This document shows, in pieces, positions 27,996 through 42,810 of a stretch of 64,000 nucleotides of DNA. The position numbers and the translations under genes were made by a program. The stretch is from Macrostomum lignano (taxonomy: Eukaryota). The notes under the pieces are model-generated. The model was given only the letters and a program-made list of their open reading frames with translations, did no database searches and was not told the DNA's origin. The stretch spans positions 1-64,000 of the forward strand of contig NIVC01000876.1 in assembly GCA_002269645.1 (NCBI GenBank), in the 5' to 3' direction. Every line of letters begins with the position of its first letter. The stretch's first letter is position 1.

Positions 27996-28664
27996 TGATT
28001 GAATCCGCGGGGTCAGGGCGCGGACGAGAGGGAACTCAAGGGGTAACCGTCCATAAATTACTCTACATATTAGTGCATCGTGTGTGAGTAATTTTGAAAT
28101 AATAAAATACACAGATTGAAGTATTTCCTTTAAGTTTTTCACAACAAATTTGGCGCTTTCGCGGAGTAAGTCAGAATTCGGCTGGCCTTTATCCGGAAGA
28201 GACAAATCTTGGCATGCAGCTCAATCGTTAAATTAAATTAAGAGCAGTCATCCTTCCGAGATGACCTAGGAGAAGTACTTAAGCACTGCTAAGTGCGAGG
28301 ACGTCCTGTTTGAGGCGCGAAAAGAGTCGTCTGAAGTGTCCAGGAGTTGCAGAAATGAGCAGCCTCTCAGCCTCCTGACCCGCGCTCTTCCCTCATCAGC
28401 TCCCCGAGAGAGAGAGCCGTGGCAACACAATCAAGCAACAACTTGGCCTGTAATAGGTTAGCATAGAGAGCCGGCCACTTTCTCCAGAACAGTTCAAACC
28501 CAATCAGCGAAGCAATTTTGGGCGTCTCCATTGCGCATCCTGGCCGCGCGACTCCACTGAGCTGCTGTCGAGAAGTACTTTTCTGTGCTTGTACAGGGGA
28601 TTTTGGGAGATCATGCAGGCAGGTGACCCGATTCGCGCATTCAATAGGATGTCCATCGCCGCTA

Positions 28665-29702
<1,038 letters not shown>

Positions 29703-30829
29703 ATGTTTTAGGCAATAATACGCTCAATTCGGAAGCCCTTGAGATCAATGCTTCCGGGCAAGTGAAGCTCAGTCTGCTCCTAATTCAATCAGCGTGCTCA
29801 AATCTAGCCCAGGGCCGAGCACAGGTTTTATCTTGAGACGAAATAAGGCAGCTGCTGTCCTATCTGGATATAAATTATGGCCAAGTGCTCCATTGCACCT
29901 GTGTGAGGCGAATAAAACTGAGCTTCCCCCAGGGTCCTGTATCCGCTTTGTGTCGCCATCATTACATCCTTCTGTCCAGTCTCTCTCAACCATTACAACC
30001 CGAACTTAACCCCCGTGTCTGGCTGCCTGCTGAGGCTTTCTGAGACTCGCATGGCCTGAGAGGCTGCTCGAACAGCAGCATGCTCGAGTCGAATTCGAAC
30101 TCTAACGAGCCAGGTGGCATGAAGGTTGCAAGATGAAGCTGAGAGACACGGGGAACTGACAAAACTGCAGATGTAGCGCTCAGTCCGCTTCAAGCCCTCC
30201 ATCTGTGTATTCGCACTCCTAAGCGGCAGTTGGTGATAAATGACCACCCCTCCAAAATATGGAACCGGGGCTTTGCTGGATGAGCAATGGTTGGCGGGCA
30301 GTTGCTGGGGGGGGGCGATGATCCGGAGCTCGCCCTGGAGCAATTATTATTCACAATGCATTATTGATCGGCCTTGCCGGCTGCCTGTGGCTAATTGTGC
30401 CCGGACTCAGCCCTGCTCAGCATGGCGCAGAATAATCCCCCCTCCCTGAGTCCGAGCAGTGAAGTTGGGAGCAATTTTTCACACCCCTCCGGACACGCTG
30501 GTCACGCTCCTCGGATCCCGAAACTGGAAAACCCAAGCCAGGCAGACAGGCAGACAGGCAGGCCCAACCCCGCCCCAGACTCCTCTGCCACCGTAGGGCA
30601 TGCACTGCTGGCCTTTGCAACAGCAGCAGCAGGTGAGTCTTCCTGCGTCTCACAAGTGCCCGATGAGAGCGGCTCTCCACATTTAAGAGGCTGCTGCATT
30701 CTCTGCTATCTGGGTGACTGTTTGTGTGCTGTGGGCCCATTTTATTCCATCAATGCATTGCCTCTGAGCGTGGCCTTCGTCACCCAATCGCCCTCCACTT
30801 GCCTCTAGCGACTCTCCTGCTCTGTTCGG

Positions 30830-33560
30830 CTCTCCATTCTCTCCGATACTGTTTCCGTTCTCTCTCCGTTCTCTCTTTCATTCTCTCTCTCATTCTCTCT
30901 CCCATTCTCTCTCCCATTCTCTCTCTCCCATTCTCTCTCATTCTCTCTCCCATTCTCTCTCCCATTCTCTCTCCCATTCTCTCTCCCATTCTCTCTCTCC
31001 CATTCTCTCTCATTCTCTCTCCCATTCTCTCTCCCATCTCTATCCCATTCTCTCTCTCCCATTCTCTCTCCCATTCTCTCTCTCATTCTCTCTCTCATTC
31101 TCTCTCTCATTCTCTCTCTCATTCTCTCTCTCATTCTCTCTCTCATTCTCTCTCTCATTCTCTCTCCCATTCTCTCTCCCATTCTCTCTCTCCCATTCTC
31201 TCTCATTCTCTCTCCCATTCTCTCTCCCATTCTCTCTCCCATTCTCTCTCCCATTCTCTCTCTCCCATTCTCTCTCCCATTCTCTCTCCCATTCTCTCTC
31301 CCATTCTCTCTCTCCCATTCTCTCTCCCATTCTCTCTCTCCCATTCTCTCTCCCATTCTCTCTCCCATTCTCTCTCCCATTCTCTCTCCCATTCTCTCTC
31401 TCCCATTCTCTCTCATTCTCTTTCCCATTCTCTCTCCCATCTCTATCCCATTCTCTCTCTCCCATTCTCTCTCCCATTCTCTCTCTCATTCTCTCTCTCA
31501 TTCTCTCTCTCATTCTCTCTCTCATTCTCTCTCTCATTCTCTCTCTCATTCTCTCTCTCATTCTCTCTCTCTCTCTCCATTCTCTCTACCATTCTCTCTC
31601 TCATTCTCTCTCCCATTCTCTCTCCCATTCTCTCTCCCGTTCTCTCTCCCATTCTCTCTCCCATTCTCTCTCCCATTCTCTCTCCCATTCTCTCTCTCCC
31701 ATTCTCTCTCCCATTCTCTCTCCCATTCTCTCTCCCATTCTCTCTCTCCCATTCTCTCTCCCATTCTCTCTCTCCCATTCTCTCTCCCATTCTCTCTCCC
31801 ATTCTCTCTCCCATTCTCTCTCCCATTCTCTCTCTCCCATTCTCTCTCATTCTCTTTCCCATTCTCTCTCCCATCTCTATCCCATTCTCTCTCTCCCATT
31901 CTCTCTCCCATTCTCTCTCTCATTCTCTCTCTCATTCTCTCTCTCATTCTCTCTCTCATTCTCTCTCTCATTCTCTCTCTCATTCTCTCTCTCATTCTCT
32001 CTCTCTCTCCATTCTCTCTCCCATTCTCTCTCTCATTCTCTCTCCCATTCTCTCTCCCATTCTCTCTCCCATTCTCTCTCCCATTCTCTCTCCCATTCTC
32101 TCTCCCATTCTCTCTCCCATTCTCTCTCTCCCATTCTCTCTCATTCTCTCTCCCATTCTCTCTCCCCCATTTTCTCTCTCCCATTCTTTCTCTCATTCTC
32201 CCTCTCCCATTCTCTCTCCCATTCTCTCTCCCATCTCTCTCCCATTCTCTCTCCCATCTCTCTCCCATTCTCTCTCCCATTCTCTCTCCCATCTCTCTCC
32301 CATTCTCTCTCCCATTCTCTCTCCCATCTCTCTCCCATCTCTCTCCCACTCTCTCCCCCATTCTCTCTCTCATTCTCTCTCTCCCATTCTCTCTCCCATC
32401 TCTCTCCCATTCTCTCTCCCATTCTGTCTCTCATTCTCTCTCTCCCATTCTCTCTCCTATTCTCTCCCCCATTCTCTCTCCCCCATTTTCTCTCTCCCAT
32501 TCTCTCTCTCATTCTCTCTCTCCCATTCTCTCTCTCATTCTCTCTCTCCCATTCTCTCTCTCATTCTCTCTCTCATTCTCTCTCTCATTCTCTCTCTCCC
32601 ATTCTCTCTCTCATTCTCTTTCTCATTCTCTCTCTCTCCCATTCTCTCTCTCATTCTCTCTCTCCCTTCTCTCTCTCATTCTCTCTCTCATTCTCTCTCT
32701 CCCATTCTCTCCCCCATCTCTCTCCCATTCTCTCTCCCATTCTGTCTCTCATTCTCTCTCTCCCATTCTCTCTCCTATTCTCTCCCCCATTCTCTCTCCC
32801 CCATTTTCTCTCTCCCATTCTTTCTCTCATTCTCTCTCTCTCCCATTCTCTCTCTCATTCTCTCTCTCCCATTCTCTCTCTCATTCTCTCTCTCCCATTC
32901 TCTCTCTCATTCTCTCTCTCCCATTCTCTCTCTCATTCTCTCTCTCATTCTCTCTCTCATTCTCTCTCTCCCATTCTCTCTCTCATTCTCTCTCTCATTC
33001 TCTCTCTCTCCCATTCTCTCTCTCATTCTCTCTCTCCCCTTCTCTCTCTCATTCTCTCTCTCATTCTCTCTCTCCCATTCTCTCCCCCATCTCTCTCCCA
33101 TTCTCTCTCCCATTCTGTCTCTCATTCTCTCTCTCCCATTCTCTCTCCTATTCTCTCCCCCATTCTCTCTCCCCCATTTTCTCTCTCCCATTCTTTCTCT
33201 CATTCTCTCTCTCTCCCATTCTCTCTCTCATTCTCTCTCTCCCATTCTCTCTCTCATTCTCTCTCTCCCATTCTCTCTCTCATTCTCTCTCTCCCATTCT
33301 CTCTCTCATTCTCTCTCTCATTCTCTCTCTCATTCTCTCTCTCCCATTCTCTCTCTCATTCTCTCTCTCATTCTCTCTCTCCCATTCTCTCTCTCCCATT
33401 CTCTCTCTCATTCTCTCTCTCTCCCATTCTCTTCCCCATTCTCTCTCTCCCATTCTCTTCCCCATTCTCTCTCTCCCATTCTCTCTCCCATTCTCTTTCC
33501 CATTCTCTCTCTCTGTCTCTTCATCTCCACCTCTCTCCCCTCTCTCCCTCTCTCTTACCC
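30830..33560. repeat. ~2.7-kb pyrimidine-rich array of CATT(CT)n[CC] units (~12-16 bp)
   Basis: Read directly; plus strand almost only C/T. Confidence 0.97.
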
Positions 33561-34024
33561 TATGCCTCGCATATTTACCTCGCACTGATTCCTTCGTTAT
33601 TTTTTAGGCATTTTTTTCTAACAAGAATTATTTTCTACCACTTCCCAAACTAAACTCCTGTCTTCCTCATCAAGCCCGCCACTCAGCTCCCGCCATCCGA
33701 GTCCCGAGCAAGTCCCTGGCAGAAAAAGCAGAAGAAGAAACCTGGGCCACTCGACGATTAGCAAGAGTTGAAGAGCGCAATTTGGCGAGCCCGGACATTC
33801 CGGCATTGATTTCGGCCCGGCCAGAAGTTGCCGCTTTTTCTTATCTCAAGAGAGTCTTCTGGGACATTTTTGACGTCTGTCTGTCCTTTGGTTGGGGCGG
33901 CCGCAGCAGGGAGTGCAAAGAAGAGGATCTGGAAAGGAAACTGGACTGGGGCCAGGGACTTCTGAAACCCATCCTTGGCTGGAAGGCGAGCTGTCTGCGA
34001 GTATCTATCGCCCTGGGGCCCAGT

Positions 34025-35055
34025 CTGAGGCTCTGCTTCTTTTTCTCCTCTCCTCTCTCTCTCACTCACTCCTCTCTCATTCCCCCTCTCTCATTCCCCT
34101 CTGTCTCATTTTCCTCTGTCTCATTCCCCCTCTCTCATTCCCCTCTGTCTCATTCCCCTTCTCTCATTCCCCCTCTGTCTCACTCACTCCTCTCTCATTC
34201 CCCCTCTCTCATTCCCCTCTGTCTCATTTTCCTCTGTCTCATTCCCCCTCTCTCATTCCCCTCTCTCATTCCCCTCTCTCATTCCCCTCTGTCTCATCCC
34301 CCTCTGTCTCATTCACCCTCTCTTATTCCCCTCTGTCTCATTCCCCTCTGTCTCATTCCCCTCTGTCTCATTCCCCCTCTGTCTCATTCCCCTCTGTCTC
34401 ATTCCCCCTGTCTCATTCCCCTCTGTCTCATTCCCCTTCTCTCATTCCCCCTCTGTCTCATTCCCCTCTGTCTCATTCCCCCTGTCTCATTCCCCCTCTA
34501 TCTCATTCCCCTTCTCTCATTCCCCTCTGTCTCATTCCCCTCTCTCATTCCCCTCTGTCTCATTCCCCTCTGTCTCATTCCCCCTCTGTCTCATTCCCCC
34601 TCTGTCTCATTCCCCCTCTGTCTTATTCCCCTTCTCTCATCCCCCTCTGTCTCATTCCCCTCTCTCATTCCCCTCTGTCTCATTCCCCTCTCTTATTCCC
34701 CTCTGTCTCATTCCCCCTCTGTCTCATTCCCCTCTGTCTCATTCCCCTCTGTCTCATTCTTCTCTGTCTCATTCCCCTCTCTCATTCCCCTCTGTCTCAT
34801 TCCCCTCTGTCTCATTCCCCTCTGTCTCATTCCCCCTCTGTCTCATTCCCCTTCTCTCATTCCCCTCTGTCTCATTCCCCCTCTGTCTCATTCCCCTTCT
34901 CTCATTCCACTCTGTCTCATTCCCCTCTGTCATTCCCCTCTCTTATTCCCCTCTGTCTCATTCCCCCTCTGTCTCATTCCCCTCTGTCTCATTCCCCTCT
35001 GTTTCATTCCCCTCTGTCTCATTCCCCCTCTCTCCTTCTCTCCCCTTCCTCTCTA
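34025..35055. repeat. 16-17-bp pyrimidine-rich minisatellite (CTCATTCCCC[C]TCTGT)n
   Basis: Read directly. Confidence 0.95.
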
Positions 35056-35504
35056 TCCTAAGCAACCCCCGTAGGTCTCCGCACGCAAGTCCCTCGATGG
35101 TCCTTGAGCAGTTCGGATGCAAACTCCAAATTACTAAGTTAAAAGCTCCTTGGAGACTGATAAAAATTAATTTAGAAAAATAGGAGTCGAAGCAATTTTT
35201 AACTAAAATTTTCTTAGCACGAAAGATTGAAGCGTTGTCGAGCGAACAGGGCTAGAGCCTAGAGGTAAAAATTTCCAGGCAACTGTGAGTCAGATTTTTT
35301 TAATTGAAAAGGTATGTTAAGGCAGGCTGTTAGGGGCAGCAAATTTTAATTTATTCTGATGACAGAATTTAATTTAGAAACCGCATTTATGCTGCGTAGG
35401 AAAGTCAGAATGCTGCAAGCAAACAGTTGGAGACGGCTGAAAACACCGAGAAGACTGAGAAGTAGACAGGTAGAGGGAGGAGTAGGCAGGAAAAGGCATG
35501 TTGA

Positions 35505-35785
35505 CGCGAGGGGTTTGTAGCCTGGTGGTCAGAGCGTCGGACTCATAACTGACTGAAAGGTCGGGGGTTCGATTCTCAACCCACTCGGAACAAGTTGTGT
35601 CCTTGAGCAAGACATCTAACTCTGCATTGCTTCAGTTCACCCAGCTGTAAAATGGGTGCCAGCATTAGCTGGGGTAATTGAGGCTGTGTGTGGCGACTCC
35701 CAGTAGTCCCCAGCTGCGGCTGAGCTGTCGGTTGTACATCAGCCCATTAGGACAGGTGTAATCAATTGTTTTTATTATTATTATT
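35505..35785 (+). mobile_element. tRNA(Met)-derived SINE (family 2) with a CORE-like central domain and (ATT)n tail
   Basis: A box TGTAGCCTGGTGG, CTCATAA anticodon-loop remnant, B box GGTTCGATTC; TGTGTCCTTGAGCAAGACATCTAAC...CAGCTGTAAAATGGG aligns by eye with the MIR CORE; tail TTATTATTATTATT. Confidence 0.8.
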
Positions 35786-35845
35786 CTTGGATACGAGGGA
35801 GAAGAGACAGGTAGAGAAAGACGCAGAAGCAGCGAGCGGCCTCAC

Positions 35846-36155
35846 CCTCCAAGCAGAAAATCTGCTGCTGCTTCATCAGGCCGGCAAAGAACGCGGCCCC
35901 GCACTGGCAGTTGTCAGCTGAGCAGGTGACATTTTCTTGACGCCTCCGAGCTCTGGCAGCGGCGCCACCGGCTGCTGGCCACCAGGACCGGCAGTTTGTC
36001 TGCGCCGCGCACGGCTCCGGGCAGAGCGCCGGGCCGGAGCAGTTCAGGCTGGAGGCGCTGCCGCAGCTGCAGCAGCAAATGACGCTGGCGCAGATGATGC
36101 CGAAGCAGCACAGAGCCCGCGCCGCGGATGCACCGGTGGGACGGCCTGTCGGCAT
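35846..36155 (-). CDS. First coding exon of the SUEL-lectin membrane protein: signal peptide plus 8-Cys EB/EGF-like module
   Basis: ATG at 36155, hydrophobic N-terminus ALCCFGIICASVI; donor GAG G|GTGAG phase 1 splices in frame to 24939; the three exons total 879 nt (292 aa + stop). Confidence 0.7.
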
Positions 36156-36537
36156 TTCTTAGCCTTAGCGGGGAATCGGCAAGGTGCGCGGCTGGGGAGC
36201 GGAGCTGGCAGTTGAATCGGGCACTTGCGGCCTGCCATCCTGCCTGCCTACCTGCCTATATGGCACTGGGGGCGGCCGCCTGCCGCAGGATTTGTTGGCA
36301 CGGGGCCAGCCAATCGGTGACTGCTTGGAAACTGGGAAACAGATTCGGGCATTTGATTTGGCTGCTGTTGAGCTGGCTGGGGGGGGGGTTAAGCTGAGGG
36401 CGTGGCATCCATGAGGCATACTGTTGTGCTTAGCGGCCTGTGGGGCCGAAATCAGAGGGTTAGTGCTTGTTCATTACCCGGGGAACTGCAGGGTTACTGA
36501 GGCCGACAGATATACGGAGGGGACCGAATGAATGAGG

Positions 36538-36680
<143 letters not shown>

Positions 36681-37242
36681 TGCCCAGCATTAGCTTTCTA
36701 CTCGCATGACTGTTGGCTCACATGAGCATTAATGATTTTGATCCAGCGGTGACTGCAGAGAGACACGGAGACAGCCCGGACTAAACGGGAACGCAGAGCC
36801 AACAAAGGCGAAGCCTCTCAAGCCGAAGCAGACGCGATAGCTGCTTCCATTGTTGCACTGAAATTAGAGGCCCTGGCTGAGGACAAAGCCGCCCATTGTT
36901 CCAACGAAAGTGGAAATGCAAACTGCGCGGTCTGATGAAGGGGCAGCGGGGAGAGAGCGGGTGGGAAGCCGAGAGAGGTGGCGGAGTAGCGGCAGTCCCG
37001 CAGTCTTCGCAAAAGGTAAAAAATAGATCCCACTTCCGCAGTGGCTGAGGTGTGAGCTCAGCGTGAGTCGAGCCATGCACCTGATTAGTGCAGATGCGGA
37101 TCCTAGAACTGATGAGAACTGTTTTTTTGTGGGGGAAGGAGGGAGAGGGATGTGCCTGGCAGGGCTTGTGAGCAAGGTGGGCCCAGACTGTCTGGCAAAA
37201 CTGGTAGGATAATCTCAGCGGGAAAACTTCGACGTGAGAAAC

Positions 37243-37716
37243 CTTCGCCGTGGAAACCTTCGCCGTGAGAAACTTTCGCCATTGGAAACCGCCACGCCAT
37301 GAGAAACCTTCGCTGTTGAGAACCTTCGCCATGAGAAACCTTCGCTGTTGAGAACCTTCGCCATGAGAAACCTTCGCTGTTGAGAACCTTCGCCATGAGA
37401 AACCTTCGCTGTTGAGAACCTTCGCCATGAGAAGCCTTCGCTGTTGAGAACCTTCGCCATGAGAAACCTTCGCCATGAGAAACCTTCGCCATGAGAAACC
37501 TTCGCCATGAGAAACCTTCGCCATGAGAAACCTTCGCCATGAGAAACCTTCGCCATGAGAAACCTTCGCCATGAGAAACCTTCGCCATGAGAAACCTTCG
37601 CCATGAGAAACCTTCGCCATGAGAAACCTTCGCCATGAGAAACCTTCGCCATGAGAAACCTTCGCCATGAGAAACCTTCGCCATGAGAAACCTTCGCCAT
37701 GAGAAACCTTCGCCAT
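37243..37716. repeat. 16-bp minisatellite (GAGAAACCTTCGCCAT)n with a variant block at the left
   Basis: Read directly; 16-aa period (3 units) in overlapping ORFs. Confidence 0.95.
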
Positions 37717-38226
37717 GTTCGGCGGTAAAACTCCTGTGGGGGAAATCTCGTGCTCCCGCATAAACTTAGAAAACTTCCGATATGTTTATTAAATACGAAC
37801 TTTGTACTGTTCCAGGCAGAGCATCAGAAAAGATGAATGCTAATTTCGTACTGACAAAAACTCTTCTGTCGATCTAAGCGGAGCGTTGCCGCCCCACGTA
37901 AATATTTACATTGAGAACGGGGCGCTCTCAACAATTCCAAGTGCCGATCCATCAAATTTTTTTGACTTGGCGAACCTTCCCGGCCGTGTCGGCAGCCTGC
38001 TGGGCACTTTTCAACTCCTCGATTTGTTTGGCCAAAAACCCGCTTTCAAAGATCAGGGAAGTTGCGTGTCGCCGTTCAACTGCTGCATTCGCCATCGGCG
38101 TGACCACTTCGGCAGCCACTTCTTGATTTTTTCACGCATCTGCTTCCACCTTCGGCCCAGCCCCAAGTCTCGCTCTGCGTGCTGCATAATATTTGATTTT
38201 TTAGTGCGATCGGCTCAGTACCGTGA

Positions 38227-38843
38227 CACTCACTCACTCACTCACTCACTTACTCACTCACTCACTCACTCACTCACTCACTCACTCACTCACTCACTCA
38301 CTTACTCACTTATTCACTCACTCATGCACTCACTCACTCACTCACTCACTCACTCACTCACTCACTCACTCACTCACTCACTCACTCACTCACTCACTCA
38401 CTCACTCACTCACTCACTCACTCACTCACTCACTCACTCACTCACTCACTCACTCACTCACTCACTCACTCACTCACTCACTCACTCACTCACTCACTCA
38501 CTCACTCACTCACTCACTTACTCACTCATTCACTCACTCATGCACTCACTCACTCACTCACTCACTCACTCACTCACTCACTCACTCACTCACTCACTCA
38601 CTCACTCACTCACTCACTCACTCACTCACTCACTCACTCACTCACTCACTCACTCACTCACTCACTCACTCACTCACTCACTCACTCACTCACTCACTCA
38701 CTCACTCACTTACTCACTCATTCACTCACTCATGCACTCACTCACTCACTCACTCACTCACTCACTCACTCACTCACTCACTCACTCACTCACTCACTCA
38801 CTCACTCACTCACTCACTCACTCACTCACTCACTCACTCACTC
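38227..38843. repeat. (CACT)n microsatellite with a recurring variant cassette (TTACTCACT[C/T]ATTCACTCACTCATG)
   Basis: Read directly; cassette at ~38302, 38518 and 38711. Confidence 0.98.
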
Positions 38844-38911
38844 GTTCTATTCTTTCCTCCATGTCCTGTACATGATGGCCAATTTTGATTTCAATGTCCG
38901 ATATCTTCTCT

Positions 38912-39325
<414 letters not shown>

Positions 39326-40544
39326 GACAGCGAGAGACAAGCAGGGAGAATTTGAAAGGTAGAGATTAGCTAATCCGCAGATTAACTAACCCGCTGCCAC
39401 CAGTCCGTGCGCCCCGGCTCACCAAACCGGAGCTATCGAAATCGGACTTCCGACTAGAGGGGCACTGCACTTACCTGCCACCTAGTGTCTTTTAGCTGTC
39501 TATCTCGAAGTCATAGCCAAATAGAAGGGGCGCTGCTGGTACTAAGATCGCATTGGCCATGCAGGGACAGAGAGGACTTTTGCAGGGGGTTCTTGCGCTA
39601 GCGAGCCTTCATACACTACTGAAAATACTATTTCATTACCAAATTCCCAGAAGTACATGTATAAGTACTCGTAACTGCACGCTTTTGGCGCTAAATGTGT
39701 TAACACGTCGACAGATAGCGATGATGTAGATGCATTGTCACTTTCGGAGATCGTTAGACTAATATTTAACTTATTTTAGCCGCTTAACTGCCTGTGACCG
39801 CGCCAAAGCGCCAGTCTGGCTCTTAATTTGCATGCTTAACATAATGATTTCTTAGATTGACTGATTGACTGGGAACTGTGCCGCCTCCGGTCCACCGTGA
39901 CCTCTGCCTCTAGATCTAGCCACTCATCTCAGCTGGCATTGCGAAAAAGAAGAAAACGCTAAGTCTTTAACTTCCAGATTTAACTTTCTCACTTAATCCG
40001 CAATCCTAAACACTTTAGATTGAGTTAGAGCAAATGGCTACTTTTAATATTAACTGACACTGCTGCCTCGAGATTGGCACACAAAAGCAAGTAAGCAAAA
40101 GTGCAAATCCTATCAGACTACCTAGGAAGGGGTCAGACAAAGGGTGCACCCAGTTAAGCAGGTCAAGAGAGCCTCTCACCAAACCAATCAGAGGACCTAT
40201 CTGCCGGTAGCCAAGGAATCCACAGAGACCGAAACACTCAGATGGTATTCTGCTGCTGATCTTAACTGACGCGCGACGCTGTTGCTCCTCACTTGCCGGT
40301 TGTCGTTGCTGCTCTTGGATCACTGCCGGGAGATATTGACGATGCTTCTCAGGGGGAACTTAGCTGTTGAAGCCGAAACTGCCGGGGGAAGGAGGATCAG
40401 GTCGGCAGGACCGCAGGGGGGAAGAGCTTGAAGGTAGTATCAGGCCAAGTCGAGCGCCCCAGAAGGCCTTGGCAAGGACAAAGGCCAGGGAGTAAACGAC
40501 CAGTTCGCAAAAGGTCGAGAGGGGCTCTCGAGCGCGGTTAGAGT

Positions 40545-40690
40545 TGCCGCCTTTTATAGCTCTCACGCGGCCGATTTGTTATAAGGCACGCCGAATTTTT
40601 CGATTGACTGAGAGCTTTTGTTAAAATAGGCGCCGAATTTTCTGATTGGTCGAGCCGGGGGCAGTCAGGTCGACTTTGATTGGCTGAGCT
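40545..40690 (-). promoter_or_regulatory. Pol II promoter-like module: TATAAAA box with upstream CCAAT boxes
   Basis: TATAAAAG on minus at 40558-40551; CCAAT at 40649-40645 and 40683-40679; TCAAT at 40607-40603; duplicated GCCGAATTTT motif. Confidence 0.5.
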
Positions 40691-41270
40691 CAAGACCCCA
40701 AAACCCACCCCACCAGGTGGCCTTCAGACCCCAGGGAAGTTGACAGGTGCGGTCATAAATCATTAGCAAAACATAATAAAAGTCACCTGTCTAGACACCC
40801 TGGCGCCAAAAGTGACAGCAAAACACCCATAAATTAAAGGAGGAAGTAACAGAGCGAGTGGGGAGAAAGCTGGAAAGACCTCTTTGACCCAGACAGGCTG
40901 GAGCCAAAAGTGACAGCTGACCGCCATAAATCACTGAAAACAGTGAAAAAGCCGCCAATCTGGGGGTCAGAATGGGGTTGAAACAATTCCTCCCAGACTT
41001 AGTGTCGCCCGTCTAGACTGCTAGAGGTGAATCCGTCTCAGACCCAGACAGTCTGACCTTCAAAGATGCGTAAAAAATGCAAACTTAGAATCCTAAGAGA
41101 AGTACATTGAGTATTAATCATAACTAATAGTGGTGGCATAAATTAGTGTAGACCTTAGCCTGGATGAGAGAATGCAGAGAGAGATTCCTAAGCTAGCCTA
41201 CTGACAGTAGGGGAAAAGCGCATCGAAGCAAAATGTGCAGTTCTAAGATTGAAAAAAGGTGCGTCCTCAT

Positions 41271-41750
<480 letters not shown>

Positions 41751-42810
41751 GGCGTATGCGCACAAGATAAGGTAAACGGATGTAACTTATGTTTGCCTCA
41801 TCAGCATAAGCATTTGATCGATTTCATATCTCCATTTTGGAGGAAAAAAACTGTTTTAGCGGACATTCCGGTGTTATATCAGCTTGATCTACCGAGTAGC
41901 CCCGTTAAAACAAAGGATTTCAAGTAACTGCAAGGAACTTGTTTAAAAGTCGATAGAAAGACTGTTTAGTATGTCCGCTGCATATTAAATTAAGTTTAAT
42001 GGTTCGCCTGGAAATGAAAAATTAAGGCCTAATTTTTATTTGAAATTATCGAGCCAATTACATGGGACCCATTGGTAAAGTTGCCGTCTAGAAACAAGGA
42101 ACTAAATTACTAAAACGAATCTTCAGCTATTACCATCACCGCTGACAATCAGGTAAGTAACTAGGGTAGATTTTTCAATTTTTATCGACGAACAATCCCT
42201 ATTGCTTAACCATTAGGTTGGGGACGATGTAAATTTATAAAATTTGATGTTTGCATTATAAGATATTGCAGTGGTTAGCGACGTTAGAAACAATTTCAAA
42301 ATTTTGTGGAAATATTTTTTTGTTTAGTAAGACCCATATTTATGATTATTGAAAAATTCAATTACTAAGTTTAAACTGCATATCCTTTCAAGATTTATTC
42401 TTAATTTTTTGAAAACAAAATAGCTGTTTTGAAATTGCCAAAAATATTTCGCGTGACCGCAATGAATTTATAAGAAAGTCTATTAGTATAAAAATTGTTA
42501 TCTTTTTTTGTTAGCTTTTATACTCTGTATAAATGTAACAGGGAATCTTTTTTACGAAAATCGCGCTTTTGAATTTGCTCTACTGCATGAATATCAGAAA
42601 TATTTGGTATATTCTATATATGTATGAAAATTTTAGGAATTTAATTTTTTGTATATGGATTATTACTGGCATCATTCGCCAATAATACACATGTTGCAGC
42701 GAACCTATGAATCTTATGGACCTCTATTATATTATTTAGAAACACAGGAATTAAAACCCTGCCTTCATTTTTTATTCCAGAGCTCACAGTCAAGCGTTTT
42801 CTGCTGTGCG

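Noticed and set aside
30724-35074. 954-aa and 430-aa Leu/Ser/Pro-rich ORFs
   Set aside because: Pyrimidine-rich tandem repeats with no stop codons by composition
35505-35585. Functional tRNA genes (also 25810-25872 and 46164-46230)
   Set aside because: A/B boxes are present but cloverleaf stems are broken and SINE bodies, tails and TSDs follow
36781-38888. MAKVSHGEGFSWRRFL and (THSL)n ORFs
   Set aside because: 16-bp and 4-bp tandem repeats
42649-42810. N-terminal 54-aa extension of the ankyrin ORF shown in the ORF track
   Set aside because: Lies mostly upstream of the acceptor at 42780 in AT-rich intron-like DNA; an upstream donor exists at 42153; ATG 42811 preferred
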